A stretch of 64,000 nucleotides of DNA from a virus: the IMG/VR virus record IMGVR_UViG_3300035696_000012, positions 1 through 64,000 of that record, one strand, 5' to 3'. Both the position numbers and the translations under genes were made by a program. Positions within the stretch are counted from its first letter, which is position 1, and every line of letters starts with the position of its first letter. The notes beneath the pieces were generated by a model. That model was not told where the DNA came from. It was given only the letters and a program-made list of their open reading frames with translations, and ran no database searches. Below, piece after piece: positions 6,585 to 16,709 of this stretch.

Positions 6585-6881
6585 ATGAGAAAAACTGTTG
6601 TTGAATATGTGAAGAAAAGTTTAAGAAGAGTTTGGGGGCGGAGCAAGCAAAGAAACGGCGCGTTGAAAAACGCTAAGGTCGAAAGAGGAAAATATAGATG
6701 CGCTTGTTGCGGAAAGATATTCAGACGAAAAGATATTGAAGTTGATCATAAGGTTGCTGTGGGGCGGTTTGTTGATTTTGATACATACATTGAAAGATTG
6801 TTTTGTGATAGCAAGGGGCTCCAAGTGTTATGCAAAGGATGCCATAGAACTAAGACTAAAAAAGATATAAAATCATTTTAG
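6585..6881 (+). CDS. HNH endonuclease
   Basis: CACC..EVDH..VLCKGCH..KT zinc-HNH signature. Confidence 0.85.
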   Translation: MRKTVVEYVKKSLRRVWGRSKQRNGALKNAKVERGKYRCACCGKIFRRKDIEVDHKVAVGRFVDFDTYIERLFCDSKGLQVLCKGCHRTKTKKDIKSF

Positions 6882-7163
6882 GATTCTAAATTTATCCGCT
6901 TCCTCCTCCGTAATCATTGTGAATGTAATGCCGGCGATTGAAAAATATGGCATATCATCTTTTGTTCTTCCAAAAACCGAATATTTCATAACATTACTAT
7001 TATCAGAATAACTGGTAGAAACAATTTTTATGTAATATTTTGCTGGCAAAATAAAATCATAATAACCAGTTAGTTCAATATAATCAAAAATATTTGTAAG
7101 GCTATATTTACGTGAAAGAGTAATAGTTTTGTCTATAATATCTTCATCTATATATTTTTTCAT
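6873..7163 (-). CDS. Hypothetical protein
   Basis: ORF track; ATGA-type coupling. Confidence 0.7.
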   Translation of the reverse strand: MKKYIDEDIIDKTITLSRKYSLTNIFDYIELTGYYDFILPAKYYIKIVSTSYSDNSNVMKYSVFGRTKDDMPYFSIAGITFTMITEEEADKFRILK

Positions 7164-7396
7164 ATTAGTAATAATAATTTATTAAGATCATTTTTCAAAT
7201 GAGGAAAATCCTTATGTATTATTTCAATCGCATATTCAATCATTGGCACACCTTTATCTTGCCCGATTGAATTAAAGGTTGAAATCATAACTGCCATGGT
7301 TTTCTTTTGCTCTTCGATTCCTTGCGCATCATACATAACTTGGCATATTGATTTTTTGAAATCTTTGATTAATTTTGAGATTTTTTTGTCCATCAT
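7160..7396 (-). CDS. Hypothetical protein, ends DFPHLKNDLNKLLLLI
   Basis: Shared C-terminal motif. Confidence 0.75.
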   Translation of the reverse strand: MMDKKISKLIKDFKKSICQVMYDAQGIEEQKKTMAVMISTFNSIGQDKGVPMIEYAIEIIHKDFPHLKNDLNKLLLLI

Positions 7397-7439
7397 TGAA
7401 TTTTAATTCCTTAATTAAATTATGTCCATCGTTGTAAAA

Positions 7440-7667
7440 TTAAATTAATATAATAAGTTTGTTTAAAGATTTTTCTAGATGCGGACAAGTGTAAATTGCA
7501 ACAGATAAAAAGTTACTTAAACTAAGATCATTATATTGTTTTATATACCTCATAAATATTTTAATTTTTTGTTTGTCATCGGTTGCTTCGATTAAATCGA
7601 TCGCTAATCTAAAAAACATTGTATCGTCCCATCTACCTATAATTTTATCCATTATATATTTCCTCAT
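7440..7667 (-). CDS. Hypothetical protein, ends TCPHLEKSLNKLIILI
   Basis: Shared C-terminal motif. Confidence 0.75.
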   Translation of the reverse strand: MRKYIMDKIIGRWDDTMFFRLAIDLIEATDDKQKIKIFMRYIKQYNDLSLSNFLSVAIYTCPHLEKSLNKLIILI

Positions 7668-8209
7668 TTTAATAATAAGATTGAATTGATTTTAGAAAAT
7701 AATTTTTCCTCATTAGAAAAATCAAACCTATTAAAAGGAATATGTGGTATAGAATAGTATTTTTCTAACGATGTTGTATTATAATCTGTAATCATAAGGT
7801 CTGAGTTTTTATCATTATAATTTACAATAACATATAAAACACTATTATAATAAAATTTGAAATATTCAATATATGGTATAGCTTTAAAAGCGCTAACTGA
7901 TCTATCGTAAAAAAGTTTTATTGTTCTGCTAAATGATTTACAATTTTGGCATTCTCTTTTTAAGAGAATGTCTAACTCATATAATGAAATAAATTGGTTT
8001 GTAGAATTGGTAAATGATATATTACCATTTATAATTAATATAGAAAACTCGAATGTATCTATATTTGGTTCCATAAAATATTGGGTTTTTATGGAAATTG
8101 TTAATTTGTTATTATGAATAATTGTTTCACCCTGATCTGAAGTTATTGTCGTGGGAAAATCACATAATGGACAATTCTTATATTCATCTATAAATTGTTT
8201 TAGATTCAT
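7664..8209 (-). CDS. Zn-finger (CPLC) hypothetical protein, paralogue 1 of 3
   Basis: Start MNLKQFIDEYKNCPLC; ends FDFSNEEKLFSKINSILLLK. Confidence 0.75.
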   Translation of the reverse strand: MNLKQFIDEYKNCPLCDFPTTITSDQGETIIHNNKLTISIKTQYFMEPNIDTFEFSILIINGNISFTNSTNQFISLYELDILLKRECQNCKSFSRTIKLFYDRSVSAFKAIPYIEYFKFYYNSVLYVIVNYNDKNSDLMITDYNTTSLEKYYSIPHIPFNRFDFSNEEKLFSKINSILLLK

Positions 8210-8213
8210 ATTT

Positions 8214-8900
8214 TTATTTATCTGCCAATAAGAAAATTGAATCAATTCTAGAAAATATTTTCTTAGTATTTTCAAATTTAAAGTAATCATCATCAACTAA
8301 GTGAATTCTTTTTTCTTGAAAATAATTATGAGAATTTGATCCATCAATGCTTGTTTCAACAAGAAAAAAAGAAGTTTTAGATATATTATAATCATTAATT
8401 ATTTTAATATGTTTTCCTATTTGTTCTTCAACAGAGTAAAATTTATATATTTCATGATATATTTGTAATCCAGCTATACCAAAAATATAAGTTCCATCTT
8501 CATTATTTTTTATTTCCGAATCTGTTGATTCAAAATCGCCGCTTGCTTCATACTCACACACCTTAAGGTCTGGGTTTGAACAACTTAATTTCAAATTAAA
8601 AAAAGATAGGGATGCATCAAAATTTCCAGTTAGACTATTATTAGGTATATTTATTCTTGTATTTAATTTTTCTATATTGATTATTTCAGTTTCTGTGGGA
8701 TCAAATTTTATTGATATTTCTTCTGGTTTTTGATTAGAAGGAACGTAATCAATACTTTTTAATATATTATATTTTTTATTATCATTACTAAATGGTATTA
8801 TTGTTGCCGATATTTCATATTCTAATTTATTAGAACATATTTGACAAATAGATCTGTATTCAATTAATTCTGAAAATGATTTAAATTCTCTCGATGGCAT
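8214..8900 (-). CDS. Zn-finger (CQIC) hypothetical protein, paralogue 2 of 3
   Basis: Ends FKFENTKKIFSRIDSIFLLADK. Confidence 0.75.
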   Translation of the reverse strand: MPSREFKSFSELIEYRSICQICSNKLEYEISATIIPFSNDNKKYNILKSIDYVPSNQKPEEISIKFDPTETEIINIEKLNTRINIPNNSLTGNFDASLSFFNLKLSCSNPDLKVCEYEASGDFESTDSEIKNNEDGTYIFGIAGLQIYHEIYKFYSVEEQIGKHIKIINDYNISKTSFFLVETSIDGSNSHNYFQEKRIHLVDDDYFKFENTKKIFSRIDSIFLLADK

Positions 8901-8901
8901 A

Positions 8902-9432
8902 TTATCCTAATAATTGTATTATTTTTAATTTTTTATCTATTTTCTTTTTGGATGAAAAATCGAAATCCATTAATGGAAGTGAAATAATTTTAGTTGAATA
9001 ATTTACTGTGATATGAACCGATGATATTAAATTAATAAAATCATTATTTATTACAAAATGTATTGTAGACTGATTTCTAATGAAATGACTTTTTTCTAAC
9101 AATATGTTAGATACATATAATTCATTTTTTAATAATGTGCAAGTCCCAGTATAAAAAAAATGATATTTATTGCACTGTTTACCAATAATTAATCTAAGCA
9201 AGCTTTCTTGGCTGCAGTAATTTTCGGAAATCTTATTGTTGAATAAATTAATTGAAAATTTTTTTAATTCTTTTTGTGCGGGGGAAAAAATTAAATCCGT
9301 GTTGTTTATGGTATTAGAGTGATAGCCATGAAGTGTAATTATAGGGCTTGTTCTTTTTTTACACAGAGGGCAAAATTCTATATAATTAAAAAAGTCAAAT
9401 AAATTATTAAATTGTTGATATGCCACTAACAA
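8902..9432 (-). CDS. Zn-finger (CPLC) hypothetical protein, paralogue 3 of 3
   Basis: Ends FDFSSKKKIDKKLKIIQLLG. Confidence 0.7.
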   Translation of the reverse strand: MLVAYQQFNNLFDFFNYIEFCPLCKKRTSPIITLHGYHSNTINNTDLIFSPAQKELKKFSINLFNNKISENYCSQESLLRLIIGKQCNKYHFFYTGTCTLLKNELYVSNILLEKSHFIRNQSTIHFVINNDFINLISSVHITVNYSTKIISLPLMDFDFSSKKKIDKKLKIIQLLG

Positions 9433-9453
9433 TAATATATCGACAAATTAAAT

Positions 9454-10119
9454 TTAAGTTGATATTTCGTGTTGTTTTACAGATTGTATTAGCTGTGCTA
9501 ATGATTGATTCTTAAAATCATATTTATTTTTATAAATATTTAATGCTTTTTGTGTTTCAGGTCCTAAGATTCCGTCTTCTTTTATTGGTAATATATCACC
9601 CGCTGGTACTAAAATTTGATTTAATTTTGTTTGAATTTCTTTTGGTATTGATGGATACCCCTTATTTTGGGCAATTTGTTTTGCTGGAGCCTTAGTTTTT
9701 GGTTCTTCCGGTGGCGCAGGCATATTTGATTGATTATTTATTTGAGATTTTAATGAATCTATGTATGGAAATAAATTGTTAGAGGCAAAATTTAAAGTAT
9801 TCTGATCTTTTGATTTTGTCAATATTTGATATATTTGAGTGGTAGTATTTACTAGATCTAGAAAAGAAAGCTCATGCTCTGGATATCTTATGGAGCTTAA
9901 TAAATTACGTGCCTCAATCGGAAAATTCATTGGGTCGGCGGTCCAACGATCGACCAATAGTTTTACCAATTCTTTTCTAACAGGATCTGTCGAATTTTGT
10001 GCAGATTTATTAAATTTTTTCTCAAATTTGGAAGCTAATTTTAATGATTTAGAAAAATCATATTGTTTATCAGTGTTAATTAATTGCTCAAATTTTTTAA
10101 CTTTATCAAATAAATCCAT
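9454..10119 (-). CDS. Protein with C-terminal peptidoglycan-binding (PG_binding_1-like) domain
   Basis: IQTKLN..EDGILGPETQKAL motif; GGAG RBS. Confidence 0.7.
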   Translation of the reverse strand: MDLFDKVKKFEQLINTDKQYDFSKSLKLASKFEKKFNKSAQNSTDPVRKELVKLLVDRWTADPMNFPIEARNLLSSIRYPEHELSFLDLVNTTTQIYQILTKSKDQNTLNFASNNLFPYIDSLKSQINNQSNMPAPPEEPKTKAPAKQIAQNKGYPSIPKEIQTKLNQILVPAGDILPIKEDGILGPETQKALNIYKNKYDFKNQSLAQLIQSVKQHEIST

Positions 10120-10264
10120 AACATAGCTCCTACTGACTCGATATGAGTCTATTAAAATAATGTATTATTACCAGGCAAAATAAGCAATATGGTTCGAAAA
10201 TAATTTATATTTTACAGCATTGACTATTATTCATATAGCCTTAAATTACAGCTAGAGGTAAGAA

Positions 10265-11260
10265 ATGAACAATTATTCTTTTGAAAATTATATAATGCAG
10301 TGCTGTAAATCTAGAGAATGGAATCTGCGAAAATTCTTAAAAAATAAACTAATCAATGCCGGATTCAAAATTATAGAAGATGATTACTCTTCTTATAGAA
10401 GAGGTAAGTACCAGCAAGTACATAATATGCTTGCTATAAGAGGTAATCCAAGAACATGTCTTGTAGCCCACACTGATGTTTGTAGAGACCATGGAGAAGA
10501 TATACCAGACGTTAACCCGACAATAAAAAAAGTAAACATTGATGGAATAATGAAACAAATTATTCAAGATAGAGATTGTGAGGTTCAGGTAGGAGGGGAC
10601 GATCGGCTAGGAGTTGCAATAAATAGCTGGATAGCATTAAATACTGGATATGATTTAGGATTATTATTTACAACAGACGAGGAAGTTGGCGTCGTTAGTG
10701 CTGAATACGTTCATTTCCCTGAATTATTAGATTTTGATTTATTGTTACAAGTTGATAGAGGTAATCGTTCACATCAATTGGTGAAAAGTATTGGCGGAGA
10801 GGAGCTTTGTTCATTCAATACCGCTAAAAGACTTATTGAAATATCAAAAAACATAGAACATCCAAGATACATAGTTGATGGTATGTTGACAGATGTACTT
10901 GCATTAAAAATAAATAACATGTGCAAAGAAGCAGTTAATATGACTTGTGGATATCACAATTCAATAGGTGCTCAAAAAAATGAATATATTGATATTCAAG
11001 AGGCAAAAGATACTCTACAATATGTATCAAGTATAATTCAATATTATGATTTAAGACAGGATGAAAATGAGGATGAAGATGTAGATTATAATGATAACTC
11101 ATCATGGGATGAGTCGTGTGAGCAAACCATCTCAAATATAGGTTACAATAATAATTTAAGAGGAAGAATAACTACAAAATCACGCAATAGATTTTACGAT
11201 GATGATTTATTTAGCGAAGAAGAATATGATCGCGATAAAGGTGACTGGAATTCATATTAA
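10265..11260 (+). CDS. M28/M20-clan zinc peptidase-like protein with acidic tail
   Basis: VAHTD, GGDDRLG, TTDEE, VDR, GYH metal-ligand pattern. Confidence 0.75.
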   Translation: MNNYSFENYIMQCCKSREWNLRKFLKNKLINAGFKIIEDDYSSYRRGKYQQVHNMLAIRGNPRTCLVAHTDVCRDHGEDIPDVNPTIKKVNIDGIMKQIIQDRDCEVQVGGDDRLGVAINSWIALNTGYDLGLLFTTDEEVGVVSAEYVHFPELLDFDLLLQVDRGNRSHQLVKSIGGEELCSFNTAKRLIEISKNIEHPRYIVDGMLTDVLALKINNMCKEAVNMTCGYHNSIGAQKNEYIDIQEAKDTLQYVSSIIQYYDLRQDENEDEDVDYNDNSSWDESCEQTISNIGYNNNLRGRITTKSRNRFYDDDLFSEEEYDRDKGDWNSY

Positions 11261-11736
11261 TTGTCTCTTGGTTCAACATTACGAATGTACGGCGGATCCA
11301 AGTGATACGGATTAAAGTCATCAGTAACGTGCTCACCAACAAATTGATTTTCCCAATTTTTGGGTCTTCGACATGGAAAAGGTCGAACACGTTGAAGATA
11401 AATTAATGCAGTTAAATATACTTGGTTTATTTGTAATGTTATGTTTGGCGGTCCAACCTTATTTTGTTCAACAGATACTAATCCATCTTTTGCAAATAAC
11501 ACAATATCAGCCAAATCGCGATTTGTTTGATCACAAAGATCGCGTAATACTAAAATACGATAGCCATCATATAATTGATCAGAAACCCAATACCCATCTG
11601 CTGCGACATACCCATCAAATTGTGCTGCAGTTAAAACCTCAGTGATAAATAGTTGACGAATAAAAACACTTAATACTTGGCTTGATAAATCATTATTAAT
11701 GAAAATAATAGCTGGTGGTGAAGTGATTATAGCCAT
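11257..11736 (-). CDS. Hypothetical (probably virion) protein with three DGY motifs
   Basis: ORF track; motif shared with fibre proteins. Confidence 0.7.
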   Translation of the reverse strand: MAIITSPPAIIFINNDLSSQVLSVFIRQLFITEVLTAAQFDGYVAADGYWVSDQLYDGYRILVLRDLCDQTNRDLADIVLFAKDGLVSVEQNKVGPPNITLQINQVYLTALIYLQRVRPFPCRRPKNWENQFVGEHVTDDFNPYHLDPPYIRNVEPRDN

Positions 11737-11782
11737 ATAAATATAACATATAATGCCGGACAGATTAGAAAGGAAATAATAA

Positions 11783-12295
11783 ATGAGTACAACAAATGAA
11801 ATTAAAGAATTTTACCCAATATTTAAATTTGCACTACGAGAAGATTTAAAAAACGATAAAAGGTTTTTGCCAACAAAGGCAGAACCATTTGCACTTGGAT
11901 ACGATGTTAGAGTAGCAACAAAAAACCAAAGTGATATTATTTTACGAGCTGGTCAATATTTTAAAATTCCACTTGGATTTAGATCTTTTTGTCCACTAGG
12001 CTGGGGATTTGAATTACATCCAAGAAGTAGTTCATTTGCTAAAAAATCTATTCATACATTGATTGGGATAATTGATGAAACATTTCCATTGGAATGTCAG
12101 ATTATTGGACAATACATACCTGACTTAGGCTCATTAGGTAAAGACCTAACTATTAAATTTGGTGATGCTATCGGTCAAATAATTCCAGTACGACGACAAA
12201 GCGCCATAATTGAAGACATTTCCAATGAAGAAATAGACAGGTTGTTCGAAGAACGAAAAGCTCCACGAACTGGTGGAATAGGAAGCACAGGTTAA
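11783..12295 (+). CDS. dut: Trimeric dUTPase
   Basis: GYDV, PRSS, GIIDE, GQII, RTGGIGSTG motifs I-V. Confidence 0.9.
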   Translation: MSTTNEIKEFYPIFKFALREDLKNDKRFLPTKAEPFALGYDVRVATKNQSDIILRAGQYFKIPLGFRSFCPLGWGFELHPRSSSFAKKSIHTLIGIIDETFPLECQIIGQYIPDLGSLGKDLTIKFGDAIGQIIPVRRQSAIIEDISNEEIDRLFEERKAPRTGGIGSTG

Positions 12296-12298
12296 ATA

Positions 12299-12622
12299 AT
12301 GTCTAGAATAATAGTTGAAGGACGTGAGCCGCATGAAATCAAGGCTATGGAAGAAAAACATAAAAAAGAAGCCGAAGCAAAAAAGAAAATTGTTGCGCCA
12401 AAAGCAAAATCATATTATGATATCAAAGTGGAATGTTTAGTTCCAACTATATTGATATATAGAGTGTATGCTGATGATGAGCAAGAAGCATTACAATTGA
12501 TTACAAAAAAACCACCAATACAAATGAAACCAAATCTTTTATTAAAGAAATTAATAAAAGCCACTGTATATATGGCAGGCAGTAGTACAATGAAATTAGT
12601 AAAAAACTATATGGGGCGATGA
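12299..12622 (+). CDS. Hypothetical protein
   Basis: ORF track; operon spacing. Confidence 0.7.
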   Translation: MSRIIVEGREPHEIKAMEEKHKKEAEAKKKIVAPKAKSYYDIKVECLVPTILIYRVYADDEQEALQLITKKPPIQMKPNLLLKKLIKATVYMAGSSTMKLVKNYMGR

Positions 12623-13221
12623 TGTCAGATATAATGTACTATTGTTTAGACATAGAAACTAATGGTCTTATGTTTAAGAATAACTTTCATGAGATTACCG
12701 AGTTGTCTATTCTTAGAACAACGGACAGAATGCAATTAACAAGACAAATAAAAGCTAATTTTCCTGAACGATCAAGTATGGATGCATTAAAAATTACTGG
12801 TAAAACTATCGATGACTTAAAAAAAGGCATATCTAAACAGCAATTAATAAATGATGTTGAGGAGTTCTTGTCAGAAGATAATTTAGAGCCATCACATAGA
12901 TGTTTAATTGGACATAATATAATAAATTTTGATAGAAAGTTTCTATGGCAGCAATGGGAAATGTTTAATAAATATTTTCCATGTTCATTATATTTAGATA
13001 CGTTAAATATGTCAAAAGACCATGCAAAAAAAATAGGTTTAGTAAAACCATCATTAAAATTGGAAGCGGCATGTGATTTACTTGGGGTAACAAAACAGGC
13101 AGGTAAACATAATGCAAAAAGTGATACACGAAATTGTTATTTATTATGGCAAAAATTAATGGAAAAAGTAGATTTTTTAGAGCATATAAAAACATTACCG
13201 CATGTAGAAAATGATGAATGA
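12619..13221 (+). CDS. DEDDh 3'-5' exonuclease (DnaQ-like)
   Basis: DIETNG, GHN..NFD, HNAKSD. Confidence 0.9.
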   Translation: MMSDIMYYCLDIETNGLMFKNNFHEITELSILRTTDRMQLTRQIKANFPERSSMDALKITGKTIDDLKKGISKQQLINDVEEFLSEDNLEPSHRCLIGHNIINFDRKFLWQQWEMFNKYFPCSLYLDTLNMSKDHAKKIGLVKPSLKLEAACDLLGVTKQAGKHNAKSDTRNCYLLWQKLMEKVDFLEHIKTLPHVENDE

Positions 13222-13832
13222 TTAAAAATACAGATTTAGAAACATTCTATAATAGAATAGATGGACGAATACAATTAATTGGTAGTTATTTAAATAACTC
13301 AGATAAATTACCAAAAATAATAAAGAGTTGCAGATTAAAACCATACTCAATATTTTCTGATCATTTTCAAAACAAGGTTGTTTTTGAGCCACACTGGGTA
13401 GATGAATTTGGTAATTCGTTAAAAATCAAAAATAAATCATTCAATATTATTTTAAATGATACAGAAATAAATAAAAACACAAAAATTAGCTCAGATCTAT
13501 TTTTTGGAAACTCTATTGAAGTAATTGCAAAAAATAGTAAATGTGTTTTAGTTATAAATTTTGAATGTAACCAAAGATGCTATTTAGTTTCTTTTTATGG
13601 AAATGACGGTTATTTACGATGTTTTTTTTATTATAAAGTAATAGCGCAAATTTCTCCTGTTCTATTAGGTATAAATACATTAGTGGATTTTTTTGAAAAT
13701 ATTCATAATATAATCAAAGAAAATATTAATAAGAATAAAATGGATTTGCTTATAAAGCTAGATGTTTTAGATTGTATTGTGTGCTGGGATCCGGTCGGAT
13801 GGCAAGATCATATAAAAGGAGATTGTAAATAA
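13218..13832 (+). CDS. Hypothetical protein
   Basis: ORF track; overlapping stop/start. Confidence 0.65.
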   Translation: MIKNTDLETFYNRIDGRIQLIGSYLNNSDKLPKIIKSCRLKPYSIFSDHFQNKVVFEPHWVDEFGNSLKIKNKSFNIILNDTEINKNTKISSDLFFGNSIEVIAKNSKCVLVINFECNQRCYLVSFYGNDGYLRCFFYYKVIAQISPVLLGINTLVDFFENIHNIIKENINKNKMDLLIKLDVLDCIVCWDPVGWQDHIKGDCK

Positions 13833-14051
13833 ATGGTAGATAAAGATGGTGTATTAGAATTTGAAGGAACAGTAGAAAATTTAATTAGAGATAAAGTTTT
13901 TGTGAAAATAAATGAAAATTATACAGTAATATGTACGGTGTCAGGAAAAATTAGACAAAGTGGTATAAAATTATTACCCGGAGATAGGGTTCGGGCTGAA
14001 GTTAGTGTTTACGATACATCTAAGGGACGAGTAGTATATAGGATGAAATAG
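13833..14051 (+). CDS. infA: Translation initiation factor IF-1
   Basis: EGTV..SGKIR..IKLLPGDRV..S.YD.SKGRVVYR, 72 aa. Confidence 0.9.
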   Translation: MVDKDGVLEFEGTVENLIRDKVFVKINENYTVICTVSGKIRQSGIKLLPGDRVRAEVSVYDTSKGRVVYRMK

Positions 14052-14061
14052 AGGAATAATT

Positions 14062-15081
14062 ATGAAATTCGAAGAAACATTAACATTTAATGATGTACTT
14101 ATTAAGCCATCATATAGTGAAATACGAACACGTTCTGAAATAAATCTTTCAATAAATCTATCAAAAGGACTTAATTTTGCTATTCCCGTATTTCCTGCAA
14201 ATATGAAAACGATTGTGAATGCGCAAGTTGCGGAAGAGTTTTATAAACTCGGTGGCATGTGTCTGCTACATAGATTTTGTTCGATAGATGAACAGATAAA
14301 TATATTGAAAACATTAAACGGTAAATACAAAGATGTTTTTGATTATATTGGAGTATCTGTTGGAGTAAAAGAAGAAGATTACAAAAATATAAAAATATTT
14401 TATGATCTCGGCGTTAGAATAATTTGTATTGATGTAGCACATGGGCATTCAAAAAATTGTACTGATATGACAACATTTATTGCTAATAATTTTTCTGATG
14501 TATTTTTGATTGCAGGAAATGTTGCCACTGGACAAGGAGCGTTTGATTTATGGAATGCTGGAGCTGACGCATGTAAAATTAATGTTGGCGCTGGTAGCAT
14601 TTGTACGACAAGGATTCAAGCAGGCGTCGGAGTACCACAACTATCTGCTTTAATAGATGTATATGAGACACGAAATTATCATCCGATTTTTCATGATAAG
14701 TTTATAATTGCAGATGGTGGTTGTTCAAAAGTTGGTGATTTAGTTAAAAGTTTATGTTTCTCAGATATGGTAATGACAGGCAATATGTTTGCTGGGGTTC
14801 CAGAGTCATCCGGTGAAATAATTGAGATTGACAACAAGAAATATAAACAATATGATGGAAGCTCAACACATAAATCAGACTATATAGAAGGGGTTAAGGC
14901 AATGGTTCCATTAAAAGATAATATAAAAAATGTTGTAAAGACAATGCTGGAAGGTATATCAAGTGGTTGCTCATACGTTGGCGCTCGCTCACTAAATGAA
15001 TTAAAAACAAATGCTGAGTTTATAAAAATAACGAACGCCAGTATTGTAGAGAGCCATGCACATGATGTGGTAATAAGATGA
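14062..15081 (+). CDS. IMP dehydrogenase / GMP reductase family protein without CBS domains
   Basis: LTFNDVLIKP, DVAHGHS, AGNVAT, GSICTTR, IADGG. Confidence 0.9.
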   Translation: MKFEETLTFNDVLIKPSYSEIRTRSEINLSINLSKGLNFAIPVFPANMKTIVNAQVAEEFYKLGGMCLLHRFCSIDEQINILKTLNGKYKDVFDYIGVSVGVKEEDYKNIKIFYDLGVRIICIDVAHGHSKNCTDMTTFIANNFSDVFLIAGNVATGQGAFDLWNAGADACKINVGAGSICTTRIQAGVGVPQLSALIDVYETRNYHPIFHDKFIIADGGCSKVGDLVKSLCFSDMVMTGNMFAGVPESSGEIIEIDNKKYKQYDGSSTHKSDYIEGVKAMVPLKDNIKNVVKTMLEGISSGCSYVGARSLNELKTNAEFIKITNASIVESHAHDVVIR

Positions 15082-15332
15082 TTGAGTTTCAATTTGAAAA
15101 TTACATAATAGTTTTTCCTAAAGATATAACATATAATATTTTTGATGATATTTATTGTTATGGTATAATAATTAAAGACGGACCAGATGTATATGAGCTG
15201 ATACATAATAGGGAAGTAAATTGGAGTAGAATATTTCTTATTAAAAATAATATAATAAAAGATATTCCATTCAAAGACTCTACAATAAGTTTGTTACCAA
15301 ATTTCGTAAACATAAAGGTTATAAATGGATAA
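15078..15332 (+). CDS. Hypothetical protein
   Basis: ORF track; coupled. Confidence 0.6.
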   Translation: MIEFQFENYIIVFPKDITYNIFDDIYCYGIIIKDGPDVYELIHNREVNWSRIFLIKNNIIKDIPFKDSTISLLPNFVNIKVING

Positions 15333-15900
15333 AATTATAAATATAAAAGATATATGGATACAAAATGCTAATAATTTTGCACAACAGTCCATATCCACAA
15401 ATATAAAAGTATATGCTGCACGAAATCAACCAAATATACAAAAAGGGATGAACGATAATAAAATTGGTAAAATAGGTGAAGAAGTTGTATGTGCCTACGC
15501 ACAAAATATTCTACCCGATATTACATCACCAGATTATACAATCTATAAAGTACGTAATAAATCTTGGGAAAAAGATTTGCAGTCTATTAAAGCTAATATA
15601 AAAATCGGAGTGAAAACTCAGACAGTAGAATCAGCAAATAAATATGGCGAATCGTGGGTATTTCAAAATCAAGATAAAGGTATACATGGTTCCGGTAAAA
15701 CAGAAGAAAATAATTATATTGCATTTACACTAATTGATTTAGATAATAAAATAGGTATAATAAGAGCAATCGTCAAAGTATCTTGGCTACATAATAATAA
15801 TTTATTTATGCCAATGAAATTAGCACATTTACAAAATAATAAAAAAGCAGTTTATTATAATGAATTATTAAAGTATGAGAATGAGTTATGGCAACTATAA
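15325..15900 (+). CDS. PD-(D/E)xK nuclease, restriction-endonuclease-like
   Basis: GKIGEE..PDY..KDL..GVKT pattern; overlaps MTase start. Confidence 0.55.
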   Translation: MDKIINIKDIWIQNANNFAQQSISTNIKVYAARNQPNIQKGMNDNKIGKIGEEVVCAYAQNILPDITSPDYTIYKVRNKSWEKDLQSIKANIKIGVKTQTVESANKYGESWVFQNQDKGIHGSGKTEENNYIAFTLIDLDNKIGIIRAIVKVSWLHNNNLFMPMKLAHLQNNKKAVYYNELLKYENELWQL

Positions 15901-16709
15901 CACCGTTTAGGTATGCTGGAAGTAAAAATAAATTACTTAAAATTCTAACTCCCGAAATAGATAAAATATTTCAACGTAATAAATGTCAAGGATTTGCAGA
16001 TGTATTTGTTGGCGGAGGATCTGTTTTATTAGAAATTGCAAATAAATATCCAAACATTTATTTATTTGCTAACGATAAAGATTATTGGATATATTGTTTT
16101 TGGAAAATTGTTTCAGATGAAAATGTAAATAATATGAATAAATTATTAGATATAATGAAATCATCACCAACAATTTCATTATTTAATGAGTGGAGAGCAA
16201 ATACATCCGTCGATGAAATTGAGTGTGCTTATAAAGCTATATTTTTTAATCGTACAACATTTTCTGGTATCCTGACAAGTGGACCAATAGGTGGTCAAGA
16301 ACAAAGAAGTAAATGGGCAGTAAATTGCAGATATAATTATGATAAACTAAAAAATAAAATATTAAAATGTCATGATTTGTTGGTCGGAAGAACCAAAGTT
16401 TCTAACAATGATTTTATAAATTATAAAATTATGAATCATAATGATATTTTACTATATTGTGATCCTCCATATTTTGAAAAAGGAAATATGTTATATCGTG
16501 AAGGTATGAGTTTTGATGAACATAAAAATCTCTCTAATATACTATCTAGTAGACCTAACTGGATCTTATCTTATGATGATCATATAGAAATTAGAAAACT
16601 ATATAAAGATAAAAACATTATAGATCTCGCAGCTAATTACTGTATAAATGGTAAAAAAAATAATTGGAAAAAGAAAAACGAACTGATAATAACTTCGGAG
16701 AAACAATAA
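15888..16709 (+). CDS. N6-adenine DNA methyltransferase (Dam/D12 class)
   Basis: FRYAGSK, DVFVGGGSV, NRTTFSG, DPPY. Confidence 0.9.
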   Translation: MATITPFRYAGSKNKLLKILTPEIDKIFQRNKCQGFADVFVGGGSVLLEIANKYPNIYLFANDKDYWIYCFWKIVSDENVNNMNKLLDIMKSSPTISLFNEWRANTSVDEIECAYKAIFFNRTTFSGILTSGPIGGQEQRSKWAVNCRYNYDKLKNKILKCHDLLVGRTKVSNNDFINYKIMNHNDILLYCDPPYFEKGNMLYREGMSFDEHKNLSNILSSRPNWILSYDDHIEIRKLYKDKNIIDLAANYCINGKKNNWKKKNELIITSEKQ

